DNA from: Alphaproteobacteria bacterium
GTDB lineage: Bacteria > Pseudomonadota > Alphaproteobacteria > UBA828
NCBI GenBank assembly: GCA_963667785.2
Contig: CAXXMU010000002.1
Coordinates: forward strand, 736,001 to 800,000
Length of the DNA: 64,000 bases
Reading direction: 5' to 3'
Position numbers and translations under genes: made by a program. Shown piece by piece: positions 19,620-29,507 of this stretch. A model generated the notes under the pieces. It did no database searches. It was not told where the DNA came from and saw only the letters and a program-made list of their open reading frames with translations. The first letter of the stretch is position 1, and every line of letters begins with the position of its first letter.

Positions 19620-20105
19620 TCAGAACCTCTCGGCGCGGAACGGTCGGTGGCAGCCGCCGCAGGCGGCGCCGACCGCGCCGAAGGCGCCCTGCAGGCTGGC
19701 GAGATCGGTGCCTGCCGCCGCCACCAGACCCTCCAGCGCCTTGGTCATCGCATCGGCCTTCTCGACGACCGCCGGGAAGGTGGTCCAGATCTCCGCCTTG
19801 GCCCGGGTCTTGCCGGGAAGCGCACCGTTGTCGGAGCCGGGCGGCCACATTGCGCCCACGTCCATCGTGGACAGCGCGAGCAGATTGTTGGCGATCCCGC
19901 TCGCCTGCGCCCCGTCGTAGGGAACCTGGCCCTTGGCGATGCCCGCGAGCTGGCCCATGAAGAAGCCGTTGAGCTGCATGTAGGCCAGGCGGGCCTTGAT
20001 TGCGCCCGAGTGGTCCTCCTGGGCGCTCGCCGTGCCGGTGCCGGCGAACGCCGCCAGCGCGAACACCAGTGCCGCCGCAGCCGAAATCAGTGCGCGTCTC
20101 GTCAT
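19620..20105 (-). CDS. Class II cytochrome c (c'/c556-like)
   Basis: Signal peptide, RxxxM near the mature N-terminus, WPPGS, AEIW, C-terminal CGGCHRPFR (CxxCH). Confidence 0.88.
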   Translation of the reverse strand: MTRRALISAAAALVFALAAFAGTGTASAQEDHSGAIKARLAYMQLNGFFMGQLAGIAKGQVPYDGAQASGIANNLLALSTMDVGAMWPPGSDNGALPGKTRAKAEIWTTFPAVVEKADAMTKALEGLVAAAGTDLASLQGAFGAVGAACGGCHRPFRAERF

Positions 20106-20278
20106 CGTCTGCCCCCCTGCCCGTGCCGTCCGGGCTTCTTTCCCTGCGCGAATCCTACTCTCCCAAGCCGCCTCCCGCCATCGCCGATTGCCGTCCGCCG
20201 TTCCGACCCGCGCGCTGCGCCGGCTTGCGTTCGCCCCCGCCGGCGGCAATATGGCCGGCGACGGACGAAGGGCACGGC

Positions 20279-22399
20279 ATGAGCGAGAGGAACGGCGCCC
20301 GCTACGTGGTCGCGACCGACGTCGGCGGCACCTGCACCGATGCGGTGCTCTTCGCCGCCGGCGAGCCGGTGCGCCTGGGCAAGGCGCTCTCCACCCCGCC
20401 CGACTTCGCGGACGGCGTGCTCGCCGCCGTCGCCGCCGCGGCGGAAGGCATGGGCATCGCCACGGATGCCTTGCTGGCCGAGACGGGGCTCTTCGTGCAC
20501 GGATCTACGGTGGTCGACAACACGCTGCTCACCCGCACCGGCGCCAGCACCGGGCTCATCACCACGGAGGGCTTCGAGGACACGCTGACCATCACCCGCG
20601 GCGCCTACGGCCGCTGGGCCGGCCTCACCGAGGACGGAATCAAGCACCCCGTGGCGACCGACCGGGCGCCCGCGCTGGTGGCGGGGACGCGCACCAGGGG
20701 CGTGCCGGAGCGGGTGGACTACAAGGGCGCCGTCCTGCGCCCGCTGGACGAGGACGCGGTGCGCGCGGCGATCTGCGCGCTGGTCGAGGATGCGGGCGTG
20801 GACGCGCTGGCCGTCTCCTTCCTCTGGTCCTTCTACAACGACGCCCACGAGCGCCGGGTCGGCGACCTGATCCGCGAGATCGCGCCATCCGTCTACGTCA
20901 CGCTCTCGAGCGAGATCGCGCCGGTGCCGGGCGAGTACGAGCGCGCGTCGACGACGGTCATCAACGCCTATGCCGGGCGCATCGCCCGCGACTACGTGAC
21001 CACCCTGCAGGGGCTGCTCAAGGCGCGCGGCTATGACGGGCCGCTGCTGGTGATGCAGGGCTATGGCGGTCTGCTGCCGGCCGAGGAGGCGGCCGGACGC
21101 GCCGTCGGCATGCTCGAATGCGGCCCCGCCGCCGGCGTCATCGGCAGCCGCCATCTCGGCCAGCTCATGGAGGACGACGACATCATCGCCTGCGACATGG
21201 GCGGCACCACCTTCAAGGTCGGCGTCATCCAGGGTGGGGCGATCGAGTATGCCCGCGAGCCGATGGTCGACCGCTACCACTACGTGGCGCCGAAGATCGA
21301 GGTGGTCTCCATCGGCGCCGGCGGCGGCAGCATCGTGGCGCTGGACCCCGTCACGGGCGTGCCCGGCGTCGGCCCCGCAAGCGCCGGCGCGAGGCCCGGG
21401 CCGGTCTGCTACGGGCTCGGCGGGACCGAGCCGACGCTGACGGACGTCATGCTGCTGGTCGGCTACATGGACCCCGGCACCTTCCTCGGCGGCACCATCA
21501 CGCTCGATGCGCAAGCCGCCCGGCACGCATTCGAGGAGAAGGTGGCCAGGCCGCTCGCCATGAGCGTGGAAGAGGCGGCCATCGGCATCTACCGCATCGC
21601 CGCGGCACAGATCACCGACCTCATCCACGAGATCACGGTGGAGCGCGGCCTCGACTCGCGCGATTTCGTGCTGCACGCCTTCGGCGGAAGCTGCGGGCTG
21701 CTCTGCGGCGTGTTCGGCGCGGAGCTCGGCGTAAAGCGCATCGTGGTGCCCCACACCGCCGCGGTAAACGCCGCCTTCGGCCTGCTGGCCGCCGACATCG
21801 TCCACGAATACAGCGTCACCAGGACGCTGCCGGCGGACAGCCCGGCCGAGGAGATCAACGCGATCTACGCGCCGATGGTGGAGCGCGCCCGCGCCCAGCT
21901 CGCCGCCGAGGGATTCACGGGCGACGTGATCGCGCTGGACTGGTCGGTCGACCTGCGCTACAGCCGCCAGGTGCACGAGGTGACGACACCGGTGGCGGAC
22001 GGCGGGCCGATGGAGGATGCCGCCGTCGCCCGGCTCGCGGCCGATTTCGAGGCGCTCTACGAGCGCAAGTTCGGCAAGGGCTCCGCCTATCGCGCCGCCG
22101 GCATGGAGATGACCATGTTCCGGCTGTCCGCGCGCGGCCTGGTGGAGCGCCCTCCCATCGAGCGCACCCCGCCCGGCGACGGCGATCCGGCGCCCGCGCT
22201 GATCGGCCGGCGCGACATCTTCGTCGAGGCCGCGGGCGCGCTTGCGCCGGCGGACATCTACGACTTCGAGCGGCTCGCGCCCGGCAACGTCGTCGCCGGG
22301 CCTGCAGTGATCCACACGCCGATCACCACCATCGTCCTGCAGGCCGGCCAGGCCGGCCGCATGGACGCATACCGCAACATCGTCATCGAGCTCGGCTGA
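20279..22399 (+). CDS. Hydantoinase/oxoprolinase family subunit A (HyuA/AcxA-like, ATP-binding)
   Basis: DVGGTCTD, HGSTVVDN, TTEGFED, EYERASTT, CGPAAG, DMGGTT, IGAGGGS, SAGARPGPVCY. Confidence 0.92.
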   Translation: MSERNGARYVVATDVGGTCTDAVLFAAGEPVRLGKALSTPPDFADGVLAAVAAAAEGMGIATDALLAETGLFVHGSTVVDNTLLTRTGASTGLITTEGFEDTLTITRGAYGRWAGLTEDGIKHPVATDRAPALVAGTRTRGVPERVDYKGAVLRPLDEDAVRAAICALVEDAGVDALAVSFLWSFYNDAHERRVGDLIREIAPSVYVTLSSEIAPVPGEYERASTTVINAYAGRIARDYVTTLQGLLKARGYDGPLLVMQGYGGLLPAEEAAGRAVGMLECGPAAGVIGSRHLGQLMEDDDIIACDMGGTTFKVGVIQGGAIEYAREPMVDRYHYVAPKIEVVSIGAGGGSIVALDPVTGVPGVGPASAGARPGPVCYGLGGTEPTLTDVMLLVGYMDPGTFLGGTITLDAQAARHAFEEKVARPLAMSVEEAAIGIYRIAAAQITDLIHEITVERGLDSRDFVLHAFGGSCGLLCGVFGAELGVKRIVVPHTAAVNAAFGLLAADIVHEYSVTRTLPADSPAEEINAIYAPMVERARAQLAAEGFTGDVIALDWSVDLRYSRQVHEVTTPVADGGPMEDAAVARLAADFEALYERKFGKGSAYRAAGMEMTMFRLSARGLVERPPIERTPPGDGDPAPALIGRRDIFVEAAGALAPADIYDFERLAPGNVVAGPAVIHTPITTIVLQAGQAGRMDAYRNIVIELG

Positions 22400-22407
22400 G
22401 GCCCGCC

Positions 22408-24237
22408 ATGGACCCGATCACCTTCTCGATCATCCGCCACCGGCTGTTCCGCGTCATCGACGAGGCCGTGATCACGCTGAAGCACGTCTCCGGCAGCGCG
22501 ATCACCAACGAGGGCCACGATCTCATGGTCTCGCTCTACCGCGCCGATGGCTCCCTGCTCATGGGCGGCGTGGGCTTCCTACACCATCTCACCAGCGCGG
22601 CGGAGGCCTGCAAGGCGGTCATCCGCCGCTTCGAGGGCGACATCGGCGAGGGCGACGTGTTCCTCACCAACTGCCCCTACACCGCCGCGCTGCACACCTC
22701 CGACATCTACCTGGTGGCGCCGATCCACTACGACGGCCGGCTGGTCGCGTGGAGCGCCTGCTTCGTCCACGTCTACGACATCGGCGCCATGGTGCCCGGC
22801 GGCTTCAGCCCGGATTCGCGCGACATCTTCACCGAGGGCTTCTCATCGCCCGGCATCAAGCTGGTGGAAGGCGGCACCATGCGCCGCGACGTGATGGACA
22901 CGCTGCTCAACATGGTGCGCGCGCCGGAGATGGTGGCGCTCGACCTCTCCTCGATGATCGCGGCCAACAACGTGGCGCGGGAGCGGATGGTGGCGCTAAT
23001 CGAGAAGTACGGCGCAGACCCCGTGGACGAGGCCTGCGCGGCGCTGGTCGACCAGTCGGAGACGCTCTTCCGCAAGCGGCTGCGGGAGCTGCCGGATGGC
23101 CGCTGGGAGGCACGGCAGTACTTCGACATCGAGGACGAGACCTGCCGGGTGCTGCTCGCCATGACCAAGGAGGGCGACGAGCTCACCTTCGATTTCACCG
23201 GCTCCAGCCCGCAGTCGCACTACGGCATCAACTGCACCTACTGGGCCTCGTGGGGCGGCTTCTTCGCCCCCCTCTTCCCGCTGCTCTGCTACGACATCAC
23301 CTGGAACGACGGCGTGCTCAGGCCGATCAGGATGATCGCGCCGGAGGGCTCGGTAGTGAACTGCACGCGGCCTGCGCCGGTCTCGCTCGCCACCGTGGGC
23401 GCGATCCAGTCGGTCAACAACGCCGCCTGCACCTGCATCGCCAAGATGCTGTCCGCGAGTGAGACCTACGCGAAGGAGGCCACGGCCGTCTGGCACGGCA
23501 GCCACTTCGCCATCTTCATGTTCGGCCTCAACCAGCGCCGCCAGGAGGCCATCGGCATCCTGACCGAGACCTTCGGCGGTGCGGGCGGGGCCCGCACCTG
23601 GGCCGACGGCATCGACGTCGGCGGCGAGATCCCGAACCCCATCGGCCGCATGGCCAATGTCGAGACCACCGAGGCGACCTTCCCGGTGCGCTACCTCTTC
23701 CGCCGGGCGCGCCCGGACACCGGCGGGCCGGGGCGCTGGCGCGGCGGCAACGGGATCGAGTTCGCCCTGGTGCAGCACGATTCACCCGAGGGCGGCATCA
23801 ACTACGTGGTCTCGGGCAAGGGCACCGAGTTCTCGATGAGCGAAGGACTGGGCGGCGGCTATGCCGGCGCGCCCTGCGCCTACCGCTGGGTGCACAACAA
23901 CCGCGCCAAAGAGGCCGGGCGCAACGTCAACCCCTTCCCCACCTCCCTCGACGAGATGACCGGCGAGGCGGAGACGATCTCCTGGGGCGTGTTCCCGCTC
24001 AAGGGCGACGACGCGCTCTACGTCCGCTCCGACGGCGGCGGCGGCTTCGGCGACCCGCTGGAGCGGGAGCCCGCGCGGGTGCAGGCCGACGTCCAGGCCG
24101 GCGCGGTCTCGGCGGAAGTGGCGGCCCGGGTCTACGGCGTGGTGACGGCGGCCGGCGGGGTGGACGAGGACGCGACACAGGCCCGCCGCGAGGCGCTCCG
24201 CCAAGCCCGGCTCGCGACGCCTGTGGCAGCCGAATGA
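22408..24237 (+). CDS. Hydantoinase B/oxoprolinase family subunit (HyuB/AcxB-like)
   Basis: MDPITFSII, NCPY...HTSD, HVYDIG, DFTGSSPQ, GGAGGA, NVETTE, GGPGRWRGG, GGGGFGDPLER. Confidence 0.92.
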   Translation: MDPITFSIIRHRLFRVIDEAVITLKHVSGSAITNEGHDLMVSLYRADGSLLMGGVGFLHHLTSAAEACKAVIRRFEGDIGEGDVFLTNCPYTAALHTSDIYLVAPIHYDGRLVAWSACFVHVYDIGAMVPGGFSPDSRDIFTEGFSSPGIKLVEGGTMRRDVMDTLLNMVRAPEMVALDLSSMIAANNVARERMVALIEKYGADPVDEACAALVDQSETLFRKRLRELPDGRWEARQYFDIEDETCRVLLAMTKEGDELTFDFTGSSPQSHYGINCTYWASWGGFFAPLFPLLCYDITWNDGVLRPIRMIAPEGSVVNCTRPAPVSLATVGAIQSVNNAACTCIAKMLSASETYAKEATAVWHGSHFAIFMFGLNQRRQEAIGILTETFGGAGGARTWADGIDVGGEIPNPIGRMANVETTEATFPVRYLFRRARPDTGGPGRWRGGNGIEFALVQHDSPEGGINYVVSGKGTEFSMSEGLGGGYAGAPCAYRWVHNNRAKEAGRNVNPFPTSLDEMTGEAETISWGVFPLKGDDALYVRSDGGGGFGDPLEREPARVQADVQAGAVSAEVAARVYGVVTAAGGVDEDATQARREALRQARLATPVAAE

Positions 24238-24509
24238 GCGCGACCCGCATCTCGGCCACCCTCGCGGTGAACGAGGACCGCACCATCGCATGCCTGGCGT
24301 GCGGCCATGCGCTGGGCCCTGCCGGCGCGCCCTGGAAGGAACACGCCCGGCTCGACGAGCAGCCCATGCAGGGCGCCGGCGGCGCGCCCTACAGCAACGC
24401 CGAGCGGGTCCTGCTGCGGCGCTTCTACTGCCCCGGCTGCAGCGCCCTGCTGGATACCGAATCGGCGCTCGCGGGCGATCCCTTCCTCACCGACATCGTG
24501 CGGGTGTAG
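24234..24509 (+). CDS. Acetone carboxylase gamma subunit-like small zinc protein
   Basis: CLACGH...WK...RRFYCPGCSALLDTE, the AcxC-type two-CxxC pattern; ATGA coupled to the HyuB-like gene. Confidence 0.8.
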   Translation: MSATRISATLAVNEDRTIACLACGHALGPAGAPWKEHARLDEQPMQGAGGAPYSNAERVLLRRFYCPGCSALLDTESALAGDPFLTDIVRV

Positions 24510-24520
24510 AGGGCCATCCC

Positions 24521-25210
24521 GTGCACGATATCGCCATCCGCCCGGAGATCGTCGAGCGGGTCGTGAAGCGGCGCGGGCGGATGCGCCTCTTCGAGCGGCT
24601 CGATCCGGCGCGTTGCGCGGCAGTCTACATCGACATGCAGGTGACCTTCCTCGCGCCGGGCGCGCCGGTGGAGGTGCCGATGGCACGCGCCGTCGTGCCC
24701 CGGATCAACGCTCTCAACGCGCGGCTCAGGGCGCTCGGCGTGGCCGTCTTCTGGGTCGCCCACGCCAACGCGTGCCGCGACGACGGCGCCTCCGACTGGC
24801 CCGGCTTCTTCGACCATTTCGTCGCCGACGAGGCGCGCGCCCGCACTATTGCGGGTCTTGCGCCGGGTGCCGACGGCCAGAAACTCTGGCCCGCGCTGGA
24901 GGTCGCGGACGAGGACACCCTCCTCTTCAAGAACCGCTACAGCGCGCTGATCGCCGGGTCCTCGCCGCTCGAGGGGATGTTGCGCGAGCGCGGCATAGAC
25001 ACGCTGCTCATCGGCGGCACCAAGACCGACGTCTGCTGCGAATCGACGGCGCGGGACGCGATGATGCTCGACTTCAAGACCGTGATGATCGCCGACTGCT
25101 GCGCAGCGCTTACCGACGAGGAGCACCGCGACGCGCTGGAGACCGTCATCCAGCAGTTCGGCGACGTGATGAGCGCCGACGAGGCCCTCGCGGCGCTGGG
25201 GGGCGGCTAG
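24521..25210 (+). CDS. Isochorismatase-family cysteine amidohydrolase
   Basis: Asp-Lys-Cys triad: YIDMQ, FKNRYSA, TDVCCESTARDA; GTG start after GAGGG. Confidence 0.88.
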   Translation: MHDIAIRPEIVERVVKRRGRMRLFERLDPARCAAVYIDMQVTFLAPGAPVEVPMARAVVPRINALNARLRALGVAVFWVAHANACRDDGASDWPGFFDHFVADEARARTIAGLAPGADGQKLWPALEVADEDTLLFKNRYSALIAGSSPLEGMLRERGIDTLLIGGTKTDVCCESTARDAMMLDFKTVMIADCCAALTDEEHRDALETVIQQFGDVMSADEALAALGGG

Positions 25211-25252
25211 GCTTCCCTCCCCGCTTTCGCCCTTTGGCCGCGCCGCCCTTCC

Positions 25253-26110
25253 CTACGACGCAGGCACCTGGCGCCTGAGGACGGCGATGAAGATCAGCGC
25301 GGTCCCGAACATGAGGATGCTGTAGGTCGCCGCCGGCACGGTGGCGAGGCCGCCGCCGAAGACGAGCGTCGCCACGGCGATGGCCAGCGTACCGTTCTGG
25401 ATGCCGCATTCGATGGCGATGGTGACACGCTGGCGGGGGCCGGAGGCGAAGAGACGCGCCAGGAGATAAGCGATTGCCATCATCACGACGTTGAGCACCA
25501 CCGTCACCGGTCCCGCCTGGTCCAGGTAGTCCAACGCGTTCTCGTGCTCCTGGTAGATGGCGCCCGCGAGCACCAGGGCGAAGAGCAGCGCGGAGAGACG
25601 GTGCGCCGTCGCCAGGAAGCGCGTGGCGAAGCCCTCGGCCCAGCGTCGCACCGCGAGCCCGATCAGCGCCGGCAGGGTGACGATCAGGAAGACGCTCAGC
25701 GCCGTCTCGAGAACAGAGACCTCGCCCGCATCGCCGCCCATGAAGCGCTCGTGCGCGAACACCACGATGAGCGGGATGGTGATGACGGAGAGCAGGCTGA
25801 TGACGGCCGTCAGCGAGATGGACAGCGCCACGTCGCCGCGCCCGAAGGCGGCCAGCAGGTTCGAGGTCACCCCGCCGGGCGCCGCGGCGATGATCATGAC
25901 GCCGAGCGCGAGCTCCGGCGGAAGCGACCACAGGCTGACCAGGCCGTAGGCCACGGCCGGCAGCAGCACCACTTGCGACACGGCGCCCACGAGGAAGTCG
26001 CGCGGCCGCTTCGCGACCCGGACGAAGTCGCTGACGGTGAGTCCCAGCCCGAGCGAGAACATGATGATCGCAAGGGCGATCGGGAGGACGATGTCTGTCA
26101 CGATTCCCAT
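25253..26110 (-). CDS. Bile acid:sodium symporter family transporter
   Basis: IMFSLGLGL, APGGVTSN, GDVALS, IECGIQN. Confidence 0.92.
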   Translation of the reverse strand: MGIVTDIVLPIALAIIMFSLGLGLTVSDFVRVAKRPRDFLVGAVSQVVLLPAVAYGLVSLWSLPPELALGVMIIAAAPGGVTSNLLAAFGRGDVALSISLTAVISLLSVITIPLIVVFAHERFMGGDAGEVSVLETALSVFLIVTLPALIGLAVRRWAEGFATRFLATAHRLSALLFALVLAGAIYQEHENALDYLDQAGPVTVVLNVVMMAIAYLLARLFASGPRQRVTIAIECGIQNGTLAIAVATLVFGGGLATVPAATYSILMFGTALIFIAVLRRQVPAS

Positions 26111-26356
26111 GGCCGCTTCCCTGTCACTGGCGGCATCGAATCGGTATCGCGGAATCGTGCATCAGCCGATGACGCGCTTCAAGAACTCCTTCCGCGTCCC
26201 TGGCCGCGCCTGCCCCCCTTGCCGCAGCGAGCGAGAGCGCGCCGCCCCTCTGCATGCCCGATTGGGCGGCCTGCCCGTTGCTGCTAACATGCGGCGCGGA
26301 CTGGCGAAATCGATCATCGGCGGTCCCTTTGCGCGGGGGCAAGCGGGAGGTCTCGG

Positions 26357-27148
26357 GTGGCGCTGACCACGCTGAAGGAGATGGCGGCGACGCGGCGGGC
26401 CAAGTTCGGCACCGTCCTGATCGAGCTCGCCTCCCCCGGCATCGGCCACATCCTCAAGGCCGCCGGCGCTCAATTCGTGTTCCTCGACATGGAGCACTCC
26501 GGCTTCGGCTTCGACACGGTGAAGCAGCTCCTGCGCTACATGGAGGCGGCCGAGCTGCCGGCGTTCGTGCGCGTGCCCTCGCGTCACTACCACCACATCG
26601 CCCGTGCGCTCGACATGGGGGCCGAAGGGATCATGACGCCGATGGCGGGCACGGCGGAGGAAGCCCGGCGAATCGCGGCGCACGCCAAGTATCCGCCGCT
26701 GGGCAATCGCGGCGTCGCCCTCGGCATCGCCCACGACCGCTACGCGCCGGGCGCGCCGGTCACCAAGATGCGCGCCGCCAATCGCCATGTCGCGGTGTTC
26801 CTCCTGATCGAGACCCGCCAGGGCCTCGAGAATGTGGAGGAGATCGCCGACACGGACGGGATCGACGGTCTCTGGATCGGCCACTTCGACCTCAGCACCT
26901 CCCTCGGCATCCCCGGCCGCTTCGATCATCCCGATTTCCTGGCCGCTGTGGACCGGGTCGCGCGCGCCTGCGTCAGGCACAAGAAATCCTTCGGCTGTCT
27001 CGTGCTCGATGTCGAGGGCGGCATCGCCGCCTATCACCAGGGCTTCGACATGATCTGCTACTCCGCCGACGTCTGGCTCCTGCGGGAGACGCTCAGCCGC
27101 GGCATCGGCGACCTGAAGGCTGCGCTCGCCGGCCGCCAGCGGCGTTAG
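26357..27148 (+). CDS. HpcH/HpaI aldolase/citrate lyase family, copy 1
   Basis: LDMEHS, FVRVP, ALDMGA, YPPLGNRG, IET, IGHFDLS. Confidence 0.9.
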   Translation: MALTTLKEMAATRRAKFGTVLIELASPGIGHILKAAGAQFVFLDMEHSGFGFDTVKQLLRYMEAAELPAFVRVPSRHYHHIARALDMGAEGIMTPMAGTAEEARRIAAHAKYPPLGNRGVALGIAHDRYAPGAPVTKMRAANRHVAVFLLIETRQGLENVEEIADTDGIDGLWIGHFDLSTSLGIPGRFDHPDFLAAVDRVARACVRHKKSFGCLVLDVEGGIAAYHQGFDMICYSADVWLLRETLSRGIGDLKAALAGRQRR

Positions 27149-27157
27149 GGGCAGGCG

Positions 27158-27964
27158 ATGCCGAGCACCGCTCTGCGCGCGATGATGGGCACGAAGAAGC
27201 CCAAGTTCGGCTCCTTCGTGATCGAGTTCGACAGCCCCGGCATGGGTCAGACGCTCAAGGCCGCCGGCTGCCAGTACGCGCTGCTCGACATGGAGCATTC
27301 CGGCTTCGGCTACGACCAGCTCAAGCGCATGCTGCGCTTCTACCAGGCGGCCGACCTGCCGGTGATCGTCTCCACCGTCGGCGGCGACTACGACATGGTG
27401 GCGCGCGCGCTGGACATGGGGGCGGACGGCATCCAGCCGGCCAAGGTCGGCAGCGCCGAGGAGGCGCGCGCCATTCTCGATCACGTCCGCTATGCGCCGA
27501 AGGGCGCGCGCGGCGTCGCCGTCGGCATCGCCCACGACCGCTACGTTCCCGGTCCGCCGGCGCCGAAGCTCCGCGCCGCCAACCGCGACGTGGTGTTCTT
27601 CCCCAAGATCGAGACGCCCGAGGGCATCGAGGAGGTCGAGGCCATCGCCGCGCTCGACGGCGTGGACGGCATCTGGATCGGCCATTTCGACCTCTCGGTC
27701 GCCATGGGGATCCCGGCCCGCTTCGACCACCCGCGATTCCAGGCGGCGATGGAGCGGGCGAGCGCCGCCTGCAGGCGGCACGGAAAGTCACTCGGCCGCA
27801 TCTGCGACGACACCGAAACCGGGGTGGCGCTGCATGACATGGGCTTCGACTTCCTATGCTATTCTGGGGACAGTTGGCTGGTGCAGCGGGGCCTCGCGGA
27901 GAGCATCGCCGCGCTGCGCAAGGCCTGCCGCGGCCCGCGCTCAGGCGCGGCGGCGAACAACTGA
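27158..27964 (+). CDS. HpcH/HpaI aldolase family, copy 2 (divergent active site)
   Basis: LDMEHS, ALDMGA, YAPKGARG, KIET, IGHFDLS; the usual VR is VS. Confidence 0.88.
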   Translation: MPSTALRAMMGTKKPKFGSFVIEFDSPGMGQTLKAAGCQYALLDMEHSGFGYDQLKRMLRFYQAADLPVIVSTVGGDYDMVARALDMGADGIQPAKVGSAEEARAILDHVRYAPKGARGVAVGIAHDRYVPGPPAPKLRAANRDVVFFPKIETPEGIEEVEAIAALDGVDGIWIGHFDLSVAMGIPARFDHPRFQAAMERASAACRRHGKSLGRICDDTETGVALHDMGFDFLCYSGDSWLVQRGLAESIAALRKACRGPRSGAAANN

Positions 27965-28012
27965 CTGGAGGAGGGCGCGGCGCCCGCCGCGCCGAATAAC
28001 GGGAGGCCATCC

Positions 28013-29428
28013 ATGGCAATCAGGTCGATGCGGTCAATGATCGGCGGGCTCGCCGCTCTTGCGGTGCTCGCTGGCGGGTCATCTGCCGCCTGGGCGGAGA
28101 GCGCCGCCGAGATCGCGGTGCGCGAGGCCAAGCAGTATGCCGGCACCGAGATCAACGTGTTCTGGGAAGCGGGGCTGCAGGCGCTGGGCCCGCAGAACTT
28201 CTCGGGACCGATGTGGGAGGAGCTCACCGGGATCAAGGTGAACATCATCGAAGCCCAGCATGACGAGATGTTCCCCAAGATGTTGCAGGAGCATCGGGGC
28301 GGCACCGGCGCCTATGACGTCCTGAACGTCGTTCCCGCCTGGATGGGCGACATGGTGCGCGCCGGCGCGGTCGAGCCGCTCGACGCCTACGTCGACAAGT
28401 ACGGCTATCGCGAGGAACTCGAGGACATCGGCGACGTCTACCGCGAGAACCAGATGCGGATCGGCGACACCATCTACGGCTTCCCGGATGATGGCGACGT
28501 GTTCATCCTTTACTACCGCAAGGACGTGTTCGAGGAGATGGGCCTCTCGGTGCCGACCACGTGGGACGAGTTCTACGAGGTCAGCAAGGCCATCACCGAC
28601 GCGATGGCGCCCGAGGTCTACGGTGCCGGCTTCATGCGCGCGCGCGGCCTCCTGCAGTACTTCTATCAGGAGCGGGCGCGGGTCGAGGGCTGCAAGTTCT
28701 TCGACGCCGAGAGCATGAAGGCGACGATCAACGGTCCCGGCTGCGTCAAGGCGCTCGCCGGCATGGTGAAGGACAACACGACCATGCCGCCCGGTATCGA
28801 AGCGTGGGGCTTCGTCGAGACCCTGGCCGCCTTCAACGCGGGCCAGACCGCCATGCTCCAGTCTTGGCCGCCGGTCGGCCGCTGGTCGGCGGGCTACGGC
28901 ACCGACGACATCGCCATGCAGTGGGTGCCGCCGTCGGTGGTCTCCGGCAAGGTGGGCTACGCGCTGCCGCCGGGTGGCCACCCGCAGCTCGCCGCCGGAT
29001 TCGCCATGGCGGTCTCGTCCAGCAGCAAGAACAAGGACGCGGCCTACCTCTACATCCAGTGGATCAACAGCATCGACATCAGCCACCAGCGGGTGCAGCT
29101 GCCCTACGCGCTGCGCGATCCCTTCCGCAAGTCGCACTTCTCGTCGCCGGAGTACCAGTCGCGCTGGCCGGACGCGAAGTACTATCTCGAAGCGGCTGAG
29201 AAGGGCGCGGTCTCGGGCCTGCTCGATCTCTCGATCATCAACACGTTCGCCTACATCGACGCGCTCGCGGCCGGGTTGCAGGCGGTGATGGGCGGCGGCG
29301 ATCCGCAAGAGGAGCTCGACGGCGTTGCCGCCAAGTGGGACGCGCTCACCGAGAAGGTGGGCGTCGATGCGCAGCGCGAGGCCTACATGGAATGGGCCTC
29401 TAAGCCCGCTGCCTATCCGGGCGACTGA
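28013..29428 (+). CDS. ABC transporter extracellular solute-binding protein (sugar-type), copy 1
   Basis: Signal peptide, WEELTGIKVN, YDVL, YYRKD, PTTWDEF, SKNKDAAYLYIQW. Confidence 0.88.
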   Translation: MAIRSMRSMIGGLAALAVLAGGSSAAWAESAAEIAVREAKQYAGTEINVFWEAGLQALGPQNFSGPMWEELTGIKVNIIEAQHDEMFPKMLQEHRGGTGAYDVLNVVPAWMGDMVRAGAVEPLDAYVDKYGYREELEDIGDVYRENQMRIGDTIYGFPDDGDVFILYYRKDVFEEMGLSVPTTWDEFYEVSKAITDAMAPEVYGAGFMRARGLLQYFYQERARVEGCKFFDAESMKATINGPGCVKALAGMVKDNTTMPPGIEAWGFVETLAAFNAGQTAMLQSWPPVGRWSAGYGTDDIAMQWVPPSVVSGKVGYALPPGGHPQLAAGFAMAVSSSSKNKDAAYLYIQWINSIDISHQRVQLPYALRDPFRKSHFSSPEYQSRWPDAKYYLEAAEKGAVSGLLDLSIINTFAYIDALAAGLQAVMGGGDPQEELDGVAAKWDALTEKVGVDAQREAYMEWASKPAAYPGD

Positions 29429-29439
29429 GCCCGGCTCTT

Positions 29440-29465
29440 GGGGGAGGGGCGTCGTCCCCTCCCCC
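29440..29465. terminator. GC hairpin between the two SBP genes
   Basis: gggggaggggc-gtc-gtcccctccccc inverted repeat just after the stop codon. Confidence 0.5.
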
Positions 29466-29507
29466 GTCGCTTTCCGGCGCCGTTGCGCCGAACGAGGGAG
29501 GTAATCA

